From Actinomycetes bacterium (GTDB taxonomy: Bacteria; Actinomycetota; Acidimicrobiia; Acidimicrobiales; Bog-793): a stretch of 64,000 nt of DNA. The DNA lies in NCBI GenBank assembly GCA_021809425.1, contig JAKBAA010000002.1:3634-67633 (forward strand), in the 5' to 3' direction. The translations under genes and the position numbers were made by a program. Each line of letters opens with the position of its first letter. Position 1 is the stretch's first letter. A model generated the notes under the pieces. The model searched no databases. It was not told the origin of the DNA and worked only from the letters and a program-made list of their open reading frames with translations. Of this stretch, positions 25,129-33,191 are shown in pieces.

Positions 25129-26055
25129 CTACGCGCCCGCTGGTGCGCCGAGGCCGATGAACACCGAGGTCGCCTTCTCGCGGCCCTTCGCCTTGGTGCC
25201 GGCGACGGCGACCTGCAGCCCGACCTTGACGTCGGCGAAGGCTGCCGTCGTGGCGCCCCGATCCCGGAAGACGGTCGAGGAGCTCACCTCCACCGTCACC
25301 GAGCCGGACGCGGTCACGACGACGAAGGTGTGCCGGGCGGCGTCAACCGAGGCGACCCTGCCGAGCACCCCCGGACGGAGCCCGCCCGGGCCACGGAAGC
25401 CGCCGAGGATCACCAACTTCGCCTTCTCGACGTCGCCGGACCTCGTACCGACGACAGCGACCTGCGCCCCGACCTTGAGGCTCGAGAAGGTGGCCCTCGT
25501 GCGCCCGCGGTCACGGAAGGCGGTCGACGAGAGGACGTCCACGGTCACCGAGCCGGTGGCCGTCCGCAACTCGAACGTGTGCCGGGCGGGATCGACCGAG
25601 CGGACCGTGCCGAACACGCCAGGGCGGAAACCGCCATGACCACCGAAGCCGGCACCGGGCGGACCGCCCGGCGCGCCGAGCGGCCCGGGGCCGCCGATGA
25701 TCACGATCGCCGCCGTGTCGACGGCATTGGCGGCCGACCCGATCACCGCCACGCTCCGTCCGACCTTCACGTCGGCAAAGGTCGGGGAGGCGATGGAGCT
25801 GTCCTTGTAGGCGGTCGCCGAGGTCACCTTCACGGTCACCTTCGACCCGCTGGCCGTCCTCACCGTGAAGGCGTGGGCGGCGGCGTCGACGGCGACGACG
25901 GTCCCCTGGATGCTCCCGCTCGTCGCCCGCACCACCGAGGCCCCGGCCGTGCCCGTGGCGAGCAGGGCAGGCGCCGGGAGGAGCGCCGCAGCGATCGCCG
26001 CGCCGCGCCCGAGGGTCCGCCATGCTGCCGGTCGCCCGGTGTCCGATCCCGCCAC
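25129..26055 (-). CDS. Secreted protein with three tandem DUF5666-like domains
   Basis: GTG start 7 nt after GGAGGG, and a signal-like N-terminus. Three ~90-aa repeats: G(T/R)V..VD.A.H.F.(V/L)(R/V)TA(S/T)GS.VTV.V.S.T.(F/Y)(R/K)D......F...KVG..VAV.G. They are joined by GGF/GGP-rich linkers. Confidence 0.8.
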   Translation of the reverse strand: MAGSDTGRPAAWRTLGRGAAIAAALLPAPALLATGTAGASVVRATSGSIQGTVVAVDAAAHAFTVRTASGSKVTVKVTSATAYKDSSIASPTFADVKVGRSVAVIGSAANAVDTAAIVIIGGPGPLGAPGGPPGAGFGGHGGFRPGVFGTVRSVDPARHTFELRTATGSVTVDVLSSTAFRDRGRTRATFSSLKVGAQVAVVGTRSGDVEKAKLVILGGFRGPGGLRPGVLGRVASVDAARHTFVVVTASGSVTVEVSSSTVFRDRGATTAAFADVKVGLQVAVAGTKAKGREKATSVFIGLGAPAGA

Positions 26056-26154
26056 CCGTCGCCCTCCTCGTTCCCGTTCGGGAATCCGCCGGCGAGAGCA
26101 TGCTGCCGGTGGTTGGGAGCGGCCTGTGGATTACCTGGCGAGCAGCGCAGTGTT

Positions 26155-26182
26155 CCGGGGCGGCTGCGCGGCGCCGCCCCGG
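26155..26182 (-). terminator. Strong GC hairpin downstream of the VKOR gene
   Basis: ccggggcggc-(8 nt)-gccgccccgg, a perfect 10-bp stem, 14 nt after the VKOR stop. It has no U-tract, which I recall is not unusual in very GC-rich actinobacteria. Confidence 0.45.
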
Positions 26183-26195
26183 GTGAAATGCCCGT

Positions 26196-26732
26196 TCAGC
26201 CGGCGTCGAGGCGCGCCTGGTAGGGGGCGCGCGCTTCGTCCCATCCGGTCACGACGGCCACGAACACGATGAAGGTGAGCACGTGGACCGTCGTGCACCA
26301 GATGCAGATGGCGTGGATCACGAACAGCTCGGCGTGGACCAGGTAGAAGACGAAGCCGATCGACACGACCGCCATCGCCAGGCGCAGCGGGGCGATCCAA
26401 CGGTTGGCCATCCGCCACGCCACCGGCAGACAGAGCGCCAGCATCGGCACGAAGAAGGCGAGCCCGAGCACGGCGACGGGGATGCCGAAGACGTACGACT
26501 GCGGGCTCGTCGTCACCTTCTGGCAGTCGATTGCCCCCCCGGTGCTGCCGAGCGGGCAGCTCAGGGCCGATGGGCTGTAGTGGGCGATCGTCATGTAGAC
26601 CGACACCCCGAGGCCGAAGAGGCAGACGACCGTCGTGAGCAGCGAGCGGGGCGTCCATCCGGCCCACACGCCGGCGATCCCCCGGGCGTCGCCGGCGGCC
26701 GGGCCGCCGTCGACCTTCTGGGATGCCTGCAC
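26196..26732 (-). CDS. Vitamin K epoxide reductase (VKOR) family membrane oxidoreductase (DsbB-analogue)
   Basis: Loop cysteine pair ...SALSCPLGSTGGAIDCQKV... and active-site CXXC in a TM helix, ...HAICIWCTTVH... Four hydrophobic helices. Start set to GTG 26732; the track's 27026 would overlap the upstream gene. Confidence 0.8.
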   Translation of the reverse strand: MQASQKVDGGPAAGDARGIAGVWAGWTPRSLLTTVVCLFGLGVSVYMTIAHYSPSALSCPLGSTGGAIDCQKVTTSPQSYVFGIPVAVLGLAFFVPMLALCLPVAWRMANRWIAPLRLAMAVVSIGFVFYLVHAELFVIHAICIWCTTVHVLTFIVFVAVVTGWDEARAPYQARLDAG

Positions 26733-26785
26733 CGAGGGGCGTGACGTGGCCGGGACGGGCCTCGCCGGGGCGCGCCGCGACACGG

Positions 26786-27853
26786 CTACGCGACCGGCTT
26801 CGCCTGGGCGATCGCCTTGGCGGCCGCCTTCACGCCCGGCGACGAGCACACCGCCGCCGGCTTGTTGCCGGTCAGCGAGCAGATGCCCGCCGACAGGTAG
26901 TTGGCCTGGGCGACGAACAGGGCGCCGTGCACGTACTGACCGGTCGCCGTCGTCGGGTTGCGGATGCCCTGGGCGATGGCCAGGCGGCCGGGACCGCCGT
27001 TGTGGAGCGGACCACCGGCCGGCCACAGCGACGAGAAGGCAGCAGGGTCACCGGCCGACACGTACTTGTTGCCGAGGTCGAGGAACGGGATGCCGGCCGA
27101 GCCGCTGGCGTTGAACGGCGCCGCGGCAGCCCCGGTGGTCTCGCTGCCGTCGTACTTCGTGTACAGCTTCGTCGCCCAGCCCGGGATGGTCTCGAGCGGC
27201 GCCGGGGTCGGCTCCTGGCGGTCGAGGCTCTCGTAGGACTGGAACGTCAGGTACGGGCTCGAGTAGGCCGACCGGTAGAAGGTGAACGTCGGCACGTTGC
27301 CGTCCGAGCTGCCCGAGGTCGTCTGGTGCAGGTGCGACCACGTCCCGAACCGGGACAGCGCGGCCACCATGGCGTAGCGCATCATGGCGCAGTACGGGCA
27401 GTATTCGGCGCCCTCGTAGAGGAACAGCGGCTTGCCCCCCCTGGTGAGGGCCGGCTGGCCCTTCGTCACAGTGAACGGCACCGGCTGGCCCGCGGTGCCG
27501 ATCGAGTTGTAGACCGACGTCGGGATGGTCGTGACGGCGTCGACGTACGCCGCCGAGGCCAGCGCCGGGTCCTGGCCGGTGGCCACCCCGTTGGCCGAGG
27601 TGCTCGTCTTGGGCTTGGACGACCCGCTCAGGGTGACGGCCACGAGCACCACGGCGACGATCACGACGGCGGCGACGGCGATCCAGCCGATCCGCTTCGA
27701 GCTGCTCGAGCGCCGCGCCCGGTCGGCCCGCCGCTGCGCTCCGGCCGAACGCGCCGGCGGTGGCGCCTGGTTGCCGAGGCGGCGCGGCCCCTGACCCGAC
27801 GTCGCCCCCCGTGCGGCGGCTCGCTGGGGGGACTGCTTCCTGTTCGACGCCAT
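26786..27853 (-). CDS. Membrane-anchored thioredoxin-like protein, DUF929-like (CPYC active site)
   Basis: ATG after GAGGAGAGAG. Basic N-terminus plus TM helix IGWIAVAAVVIVAVVLVAV. Core ...KPLFLYEGAEYCPYCAMMRYAMVAALSRFGTW... matches the DUF929 pattern as I remember it. Confidence 0.75.
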   Translation of the reverse strand: MASNRKQSPQRAAARGATSGQGPRRLGNQAPPPARSAGAQRRADRARRSSSSKRIGWIAVAAVVIVAVVLVAVTLSGSSKPKTSTSANGVATGQDPALASAAYVDAVTTIPTSVYNSIGTAGQPVPFTVTKGQPALTRGGKPLFLYEGAEYCPYCAMMRYAMVAALSRFGTWSHLHQTTSGSSDGNVPTFTFYRSAYSSPYLTFQSYESLDRQEPTPAPLETIPGWATKLYTKYDGSETTGAAAAPFNASGSAGIPFLDLGNKYVSAGDPAAFSSLWPAGGPLHNGGPGRLAIAQGIRNPTTATGQYVHGALFVAQANYLSAGICSLTGNKPAAVCSSPGVKAAAKAIAQAKPVA

Positions 27854-27998
27854 TCGCTCGCTCTCTCCTCGGCGCCGGCGGCAGGCTGCTCGGAGCGACC
27901 TCGGTGCTCCGGCGCCTCGGCCACGCGGCTGTGGTTCTCCGGCGGAAGTGTAGTTGGCCCCGCCTGAGCGTTCGCTGAGCCTGCTCGCCGGCCGTCAC

Positions 27999-28015
27999 CC
28001 GCCCGGAGCGGGCGG
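27999..28015 (-). terminator. Hairpin directly downstream of the eis-like gene stop
   Basis: ccgcccg-gag-cgggcgg, a 7-bp perfect stem, ending 4 nt from stop codon 28020-28022. Confidence 0.4.
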
Positions 28016-28019
28016 CCGG

Positions 28020-29228
28020 TCAGACGTCGCCGGTGCAGAACGGGGCGTCCTCGGTCGCCAGCAGGGCCGTCGCCAGCGAGCGGGCACCCGGTCGCTGCTC
28101 CTGCACCCGGCCGGCCCGACAGAGCGAGCCGAGCGAGGTGCCGCCGAGGTAGGCGGCCGCAAGTGCGGCGCCGTCGAGGACCAGGTCGGCGGGAGCCGTC
28201 GTCGGGGCGACGGTCGCCGAGCCGGCCCCATCCGACGCGAGGAGCAGCCGGGAGGGTGGATCCGACTCCGTGCGCACCTCGAGGATGAGGCGTCCCGGCG
28301 CACCGTACCGGCGGGCGGCGAGGGCGACGGCAGGGTCGAGCAGGCACAGCCACAGGTGGTCCTCGACGGCCACCGTCTCGAGGGCGCGCGGATCCTCCAG
28401 CCGGTGGCGCAGCGCCTCGTCGACCGGCCGCTCGCCGGTGACGAGCAGCCGGACGAGGTCGGTGGCGAGCAGGTGGTCCCACAGGGCGGCCTCGGCGGAC
28501 GCTGCGACGGCGACCAGCTCGACCAGCTCGACCTGACGCCCCGGCCGTCCGCCCGGGCGTGGGCCGACGTCGTAGACGGCGTAGCCGTCGAGCCGGCCGG
28601 ACCGCTCGTAGGCGGCCACGAACCGGGCGGCGCCGGCCGGGCCGGTGGGCTCGAGGAGGGTGGCGAACGCCCCGGCGGCGCGATCCACCTCTCCCGGCCG
28701 CAGGCGGCGCGCCGCGTCGAAGACGGCGGGCAGCGCCGACGCCGCCTCGTTCGGGCGCAGCAGGTGCACCCGGCCCGCCGGTGCCGGTCCCGGTCGCAGC
28801 CGGACCCGCGCGAGGTCCAGCTGGTAACGGGCGGCCGAGCAGGCCGGGGCGAAGCCGAACCGGCCGTAGATGCCGGCCTCGCTGGCGAACAGCACCGCCC
28901 CGGCCCGGCCGTCGGCGACGGCCTCGGCCCGCAGCGCCCCGACGAGCGCCCGCAGCACCCCTCGCCGTCGCGCCGTCGGGGCGACCGCCACCTCGCTCCA
29001 CCCGGCCACCCGGAGCAATGCCGGGCCGGGAACCGTCAGCTCGACGTCGTCGATGGCGGCAAGCCCGACGAGCTCGCCGTCACCGGTGACGGCGCAGCGC
29101 ACGTCACCGCCGTCGAAGCGCTCCAGCAGCCGGTCCCGCGCCGCCTCGCCGTAGCGCACCCCGTAGGCGGCCTCCGAGCAGGCCAGCACCGCCTCTCGCT
29201 CGTGCGGCTCGGGAGGCCGGACGGCCAG
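28020..29228 (-). CDS. Eis-like GNAT N-acetyltransferase with C-terminal SCP2-like domain
   Basis: ...VAVAPTARRRGVLRALVGALRAEA...LFASEAGIYGRFGFAPA... is a GNAT motif A as in Eis-family proteins, and the gene sits after ispG as in mycobacteria. The track start 29492 would overlap ispG by ~220 nt. No ATG/GTG/TTG lies in the expected place, so I provisionally use CTG 29228 (402 aa). Confidence 0.7.
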   Translation of the reverse strand: MAVRPPEPHEREAVLACSEAAYGVRYGEAARDRLLERFDGGDVRCAVTGDGELVGLAAIDDVELTVPGPALLRVAGWSEVAVAPTARRRGVLRALVGALRAEAVADGRAGAVLFASEAGIYGRFGFAPACSAARYQLDLARVRLRPGPAPAGRVHLLRPNEAASALPAVFDAARRLRPGEVDRAAGAFATLLEPTGPAGAARFVAAYERSGRLDGYAVYDVGPRPGGRPGRQVELVELVAVAASAEAALWDHLLATDLVRLLVTGERPVDEALRHRLEDPRALETVAVEDHLWLCLLDPAVALAARRYGAPGRLILEVRTESDPPSRLLLASDGAGSATVAPTTAPADLVLDGAALAAAYLGGTSLGSLCRAGRVQEQRPGARSLATALLATEDAPFCTGDV

Positions 29229-29268
29229 GTCGAGCCGGGGCCCGGGCGAACCGCCGGGGACGGTGCTC

Positions 29269-30525
29269 CTACGTGCCGTCGCCGGACGCCTCCTTGCCAC
29301 CGGCGAGCTGCCGGCGGATCCGCGCCACGACCTCCTCGGACCGGTTGGCGTCGCTGCCCTGGGTACGCAGCAGGTCTCGCCGGTCTGCCTCCGACTCGTC
29401 CTCGGCCCCGGCCTCGGCAGCCGCCATGCGGGCCTCGATCCCCTCGGCCACGATCCGCTCGGCCTCGGCGACGAGGGCGTCCACCATCTCACCCTCCGGC
29501 ACGACCCGGACGATCTTGCCCTTGATGAACAGATGGCCCTTGTGGCGACCGGCGGCGATGCCGAGGTCCGCCTCGCGCGCCTCCCCCGGTCCGTTCACCA
29601 CGCAGCCCATCACGGCAACCTGGAGCGGGATCTTGCGCTCCTCGAGGGCCTCCTGGGCCTGCTTGGCGACGGTGATCACGTCGATCTCCGCCCGCCCGCA
29701 CGACGGGCAGGCGATCAGGTCGAGACCCTTGCGCTCGCGCAGCCCGAGCGCCTCCAGCAGCTGGCGACCGGCACGAGCCTCCTCGACCGGGTCGGCCGTG
29801 AGCGAGTAGCGGATCGTGTCGCCGATCCCCTCGGCGAGCAGGGTGGCGATGCCGGCGGTCGCCTTGAGCAGGCCGGCCGGCGGCGGGCCGGCCTCGGTGA
29901 CACCGAGGTGGAGCGGACAGTCGAACGTCTCCGAGGCGAGCCGGTACGACTCGATCATGAGCGGCACGTTCGACGCCTTGACCGAGATCTTGACGTCGTG
30001 GAAGTCGACCTCGGCGAAGTACGCCAGCTCCTGCCGGGCCGACTCGACGAGCGCCTCGGGGGTGGCCCCGCCGAAGCGCTTGGCGATCTCCGGGTGGAGC
30101 GACCCGGCGTTGACGCCGATCCGGATCGGCACGCCCCGGTCACGCGCCTCGGAGGCGACCAGCTTGATCTCCGCCGGCTTGCGCAGGTTGCCCGGGTTGA
30201 GCCGCAGCCCGTGCACCCCGGCCTCGAGGGCGGCGAGCGCCATCTCGACGTGGAAGTGGATGTCGGCCACGATCGGGACGGGCGAGCGCGGCACGATGCG
30301 CGCCAGCCCCTCGGCCGCCTCGACCTCGTTGCAGGTGCACCGGACGATGTCGGCCCCGGCTGCGGCGAGGGCGTAGATCTGCTGGAGGGTCCCGTCCACG
30401 TTGGCCGTCTTCGTCGTGGTCATCGACTGGACGCTCACCGGGGCGCCGTCGCCGACCGGGACGTTGCCGAGCATGATCCGGCGCGTCGCCTTGCGCGCCG
30501 TGGACAGTGCGGCGGCTCTCGCCAT
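29269..30525 (-). CDS. ispG: 4-hydroxy-3-methylbut-2-en-1-yl diphosphate synthase (MEP pathway)
   Basis: ...VSVQSMTTTKT...DIVRCTCN...CPSCGR...MGCVVNGPGE... are IspG/GcpE signatures. ATG 30525 preceded by GGGAAGGAAGG is preferred over track start 30549. Confidence 0.95.
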   Translation of the reverse strand: MARAAALSTARKATRRIMLGNVPVGDGAPVSVQSMTTTKTANVDGTLQQIYALAAAGADIVRCTCNEVEAAEGLARIVPRSPVPIVADIHFHVEMALAALEAGVHGLRLNPGNLRKPAEIKLVASEARDRGVPIRIGVNAGSLHPEIAKRFGGATPEALVESARQELAYFAEVDFHDVKISVKASNVPLMIESYRLASETFDCPLHLGVTEAGPPPAGLLKATAGIATLLAEGIGDTIRYSLTADPVEEARAGRQLLEALGLRERKGLDLIACPSCGRAEIDVITVAKQAQEALEERKIPLQVAVMGCVVNGPGEAREADLGIAAGRHKGHLFIKGKIVRVVPEGEMVDALVAEAERIVAEGIEARMAAAEAGAEDESEADRRDLLRTQGSDANRSEEVVARIRRQLAGGKEASGDGT

Positions 30526-30588
30526 GACCTTCCTTCCCGGCGCCGCCATGCGGCGGCGCCTGCGCTCCTCCCCCAGCCTAGAGCTGGG

Positions 30589-31950
30589 TCAACCGCCTCC
30601 GAGGCTCGGCGGCTGGACGATGTTCATGTAGAGGGCGCCGATCCCGAACAGCACCATGAAGGCGAGGAACAGGTAGGCCACCGGCATCAGCTTGGCGACG
30701 TCGGCGTGGTACGCCCGGCCGCGCCGCGACCGGACCCGCTCGTAGACGGCGATCACCACGTGCCCCCCGTCGAGCGGCAGCATGGGGAACAGGTTGACCA
30801 TGCCCACGAAGACGTTGATGGCGACGAGGATGTACAGCAGCTCCGACACGTTCTGGCTGGCCGCCTGGGCCCCGATCTGGACGGCGCCGACGATCGAGAG
30901 CACCTGGCCGCCGGACGAGCCCGATCCGGAGGCGGTGCCGGAAGCGGTCGAGGTGCGGCCGGCGTGCAGCACGTCGTGGGCGAACGACCCGAGACCGTGC
31001 AGCGAGAAGATCCGGGCGATCCCTTGGCCGGTCTGGGCCGTGACCGACCCGAGCATCGAGCCGGCCCGGGCGACCGCCGAGGCGGGGTTGACGGTCCCCT
31101 GGACGTTGAGGACGTCGAGGCCGACCCCGATGATCCCGTCGCGCGCCTTGTGCACCGTGCTCGCCGGCTCGAGCACCCCGTCGTGGCGGAGCTGCTCCCG
31201 GTGGCCGTCGACCGGACGGAGCCGGAACGTGCGATTCGCGCTCCCCCGGCGGACGACCAGGGTGATCTGGTGCCCCTGGTGCGCCTGGATGAAGTCGATG
31301 AACTGCTGGACCTGGCCGTAGTGGTGGCCGTCGACCGACACGAGCACGTCACCGGGCCGCAGCCCGGCCCGCAGCGCCGGGCTCGCACCGCTGGCGAAGC
31401 GGGCGACGCTGGCCACGACGCCCTGGGTCGCGCCCGTCGGCCAGCCAGAGAATGCGAACATCGCCCAGAGCAGCAGGAATGCCATGACGAAGTGCATGAA
31501 CGACCCGGCGACCGCCACGGCGAGCCGTCGCGGGAAGGTGGCCTGACGGTAGCTGCGCGGCTCGTCGGCCGGATCGACCGCCTCGGCGTTGGTCATGCCG
31601 ACGATCCGCACGTAGCCGCCGGCCGGGATGGCCTTCACCCCGTACTCGGTCTCGCCCCTTCGCACCGACCAGAGGCGCGGGCCGAACCCGAGGAAGTACT
31701 CGGTGACCTTCATCCCCGAGAGCTTGGCGGCGGTGAAGTGGCCGAGCTCGTGGACCATCACCATGACGACGAGCGCCAGGATGACCACCAGCACGGGCAG
31801 CCCGTGCAGCACCGCTGCCAGGACGACCCCGGCGGCGACGACGGCAACCAGGCGGACGAAGGCGGCGCGCTGCGACCCCACGCCGCCCGGCGGCCGGCGC
31901 GCGCCGGGCTGGCCGTCCCCGCCGGGCGCCGTGGCGTCCGGCGCCGCCAT
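30589..31950 (-). CDS. rseP: Site-2 (M50) membrane metalloprotease with PDZ domain
   Basis: HELGHF zinc motif, a PDZ-like segment (...LRAGLRPGDVLVSVDG...), and NLFPMLPLDGGH. ATG 31950 lies 11 nt after the dxr stop. Track ORF 30589..33273 is a 5' over-extension through dxr in another frame. Confidence 0.9.
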   Translation of the reverse strand: MAAPDATAPGGDGQPGARRPPGGVGSQRAAFVRLVAVVAAGVVLAAVLHGLPVLVVILALVVMVMVHELGHFTAAKLSGMKVTEYFLGFGPRLWSVRRGETEYGVKAIPAGGYVRIVGMTNAEAVDPADEPRSYRQATFPRRLAVAVAGSFMHFVMAFLLLWAMFAFSGWPTGATQGVVASVARFASGASPALRAGLRPGDVLVSVDGHHYGQVQQFIDFIQAHQGHQITLVVRRGSANRTFRLRPVDGHREQLRHDGVLEPASTVHKARDGIIGVGLDVLNVQGTVNPASAVARAGSMLGSVTAQTGQGIARIFSLHGLGSFAHDVLHAGRTSTASGTASGSGSSGGQVLSIVGAVQIGAQAASQNVSELLYILVAINVFVGMVNLFPMLPLDGGHVVIAVYERVRSRRGRAYHADVAKLMPVAYLFLAFMVLFGIGALYMNIVQPPSLGGG

Positions 31951-31961
31951 GCGAGGAGCGC

Positions 31962-33191
31962 TCACCGCCCCGATCTTGCCTCGACCGCCGCCTCGGCCAC
32001 CGCGCGCGCAGCGCGATCGGCCTCGAGGACGTCGTCGACCTCGGCGAGCAGGCTCGGTCGGTGCTCGTCGAGCACCTCCTCCACCACCTCGGCGATCTGG
32101 AGCCAACGCAGCCGCTTGTCCAGGAAGGCAGCGACGGCAACCTCGTTGGCGGCGTTCAGCCACGCCGGGGCGCTCCCACCGAGTCGTGAGGCCTCGTAGG
32201 CGAGCGACAGGCAGCGGAACGTCGCCGGGTCCGGCGGCTCGAAGTCGAGGCGGCCGAGACGGGCCCAGTCGATCGAGCCGAACGGCTCGTCGAGGCGCGC
32301 CGGGTACGACAGGGCGTAGCCGATCGGCAACCGCATGTCGGGCAGCGACAGCTGGGCCATCGTGGCCCCGTCCCGGAACTCGACCATCGAGTGGACGATC
32401 GACTGTGGATGGACGACCACCTCGATGCGCTCCAGCGGCACGCCGAACAGCTCGCGCGCCTCGATGACCTCGAGCCCCTTGTTCATGAGCGTCGACGAGT
32501 CGACGGTGATCTTCGGCCCCATCGTCCAGGTCGGGTGGGCCAGGGCGTCGGCGAGCTCCACCTGCTCGAGCTCGGCCCGGGTCCGTCCGCGAAACGGGCC
32601 GCCGCTCGCCGTCACGACCAGCCGTCGGACCGACGGGTCGGCCTGCGGGCCCTGGGCGAGGTCGGGGGCAGCCTCGAGGGCGGCGTGGCGGGCCGGTCCG
32701 AGGCACTGGTGGATGGCGCAGTGCTCCGAGTCGACCGGGACGATCTCCGCACCGGGCGTCGCCCTCGCCGCCTGCACCACGGGTGCCCCGGCGATCAGCG
32801 ACTCCTTGTTGGCGAGCGCCAGCCGCCGTCCCGACCGAAGTGCCGACACCGTCACCGGCAGGCCGGCGAAGCCCACCACGGCGTTCAGCACCACGTCGCC
32901 CGCCTCGCCGAGCGCCACGAGCGCCGAGGGGCCGGCCAGCAGCTCGATGCCCTTCGGCAGTCGGCCGGCGAGCGCCGACGCCGCCTGCTCGTCCCCGACC
33001 GCAACCACCTCGGGGCGCAGCTCGACCGCCTGGGCGAGGAGTGCCTCGACGGAACGGTTGGCCCCGAGCGCGACGACCTCGAGGTCGCCACCCGAGCGGC
33101 GCACCACGTCGATCGCCTGCGTGCCGATCGACCCCGTCGAGCCGGCCAGGCTCACGCGGCGTGGGCGGTGGGATCCTCCGGGCGTCGTCAC
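31962..33191 (-). CDS. dxr: 1-deoxy-D-xylulose 5-phosphate reductoisomerase
   Basis: ...LAGSTGSIGTQAIDVV... NADPH motif, ...LANKESL..., ...VDSEHCAIHQCL... GTGA overlap with the cdsA stop. Confidence 0.95.
   Translation of the reverse strand: MTTPGGSHRPRRVSLAGSTGSIGTQAIDVVRRSGGDLEVVALGANRSVEALLAQAVELRPEVVAVGDEQAASALAGRLPKGIELLAGPSALVALGEAGDVVLNAVVGFAGLPVTVSALRSGRRLALANKESLIAGAPVVQAARATPGAEIVPVDSEHCAIHQCLGPARHAALEAAPDLAQGPQADPSVRRLVVTASGGPFRGRTRAELEQVELADALAHPTWTMGPKITVDSSTLMNKGLEVIEARELFGVPLERIEVVVHPQSIVHSMVEFRDGATMAQLSLPDMRLPIGYALSYPARLDEPFGSIDWARLGRLDFEPPDPATFRCLSLAYEASRLGGSAPAWLNAANEVAVAAFLDKRLRWLQIAEVVEEVLDEHRPSLLAEVDDVLEADRAARAVAEAAVEARSGR

Noticed and set aside
12530-27853. Genomic island integrated at tRNA-Leu, since the accessory genes start right after the tRNA
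   Set aside because: I could find no integrase, no duplicated tRNA 3' end and no mobility genes. The block contains ordinary metabolic genes (arfB, an aminotransferase). Composition looks the same as the flanks by eye. I cannot exclude an ancient island.
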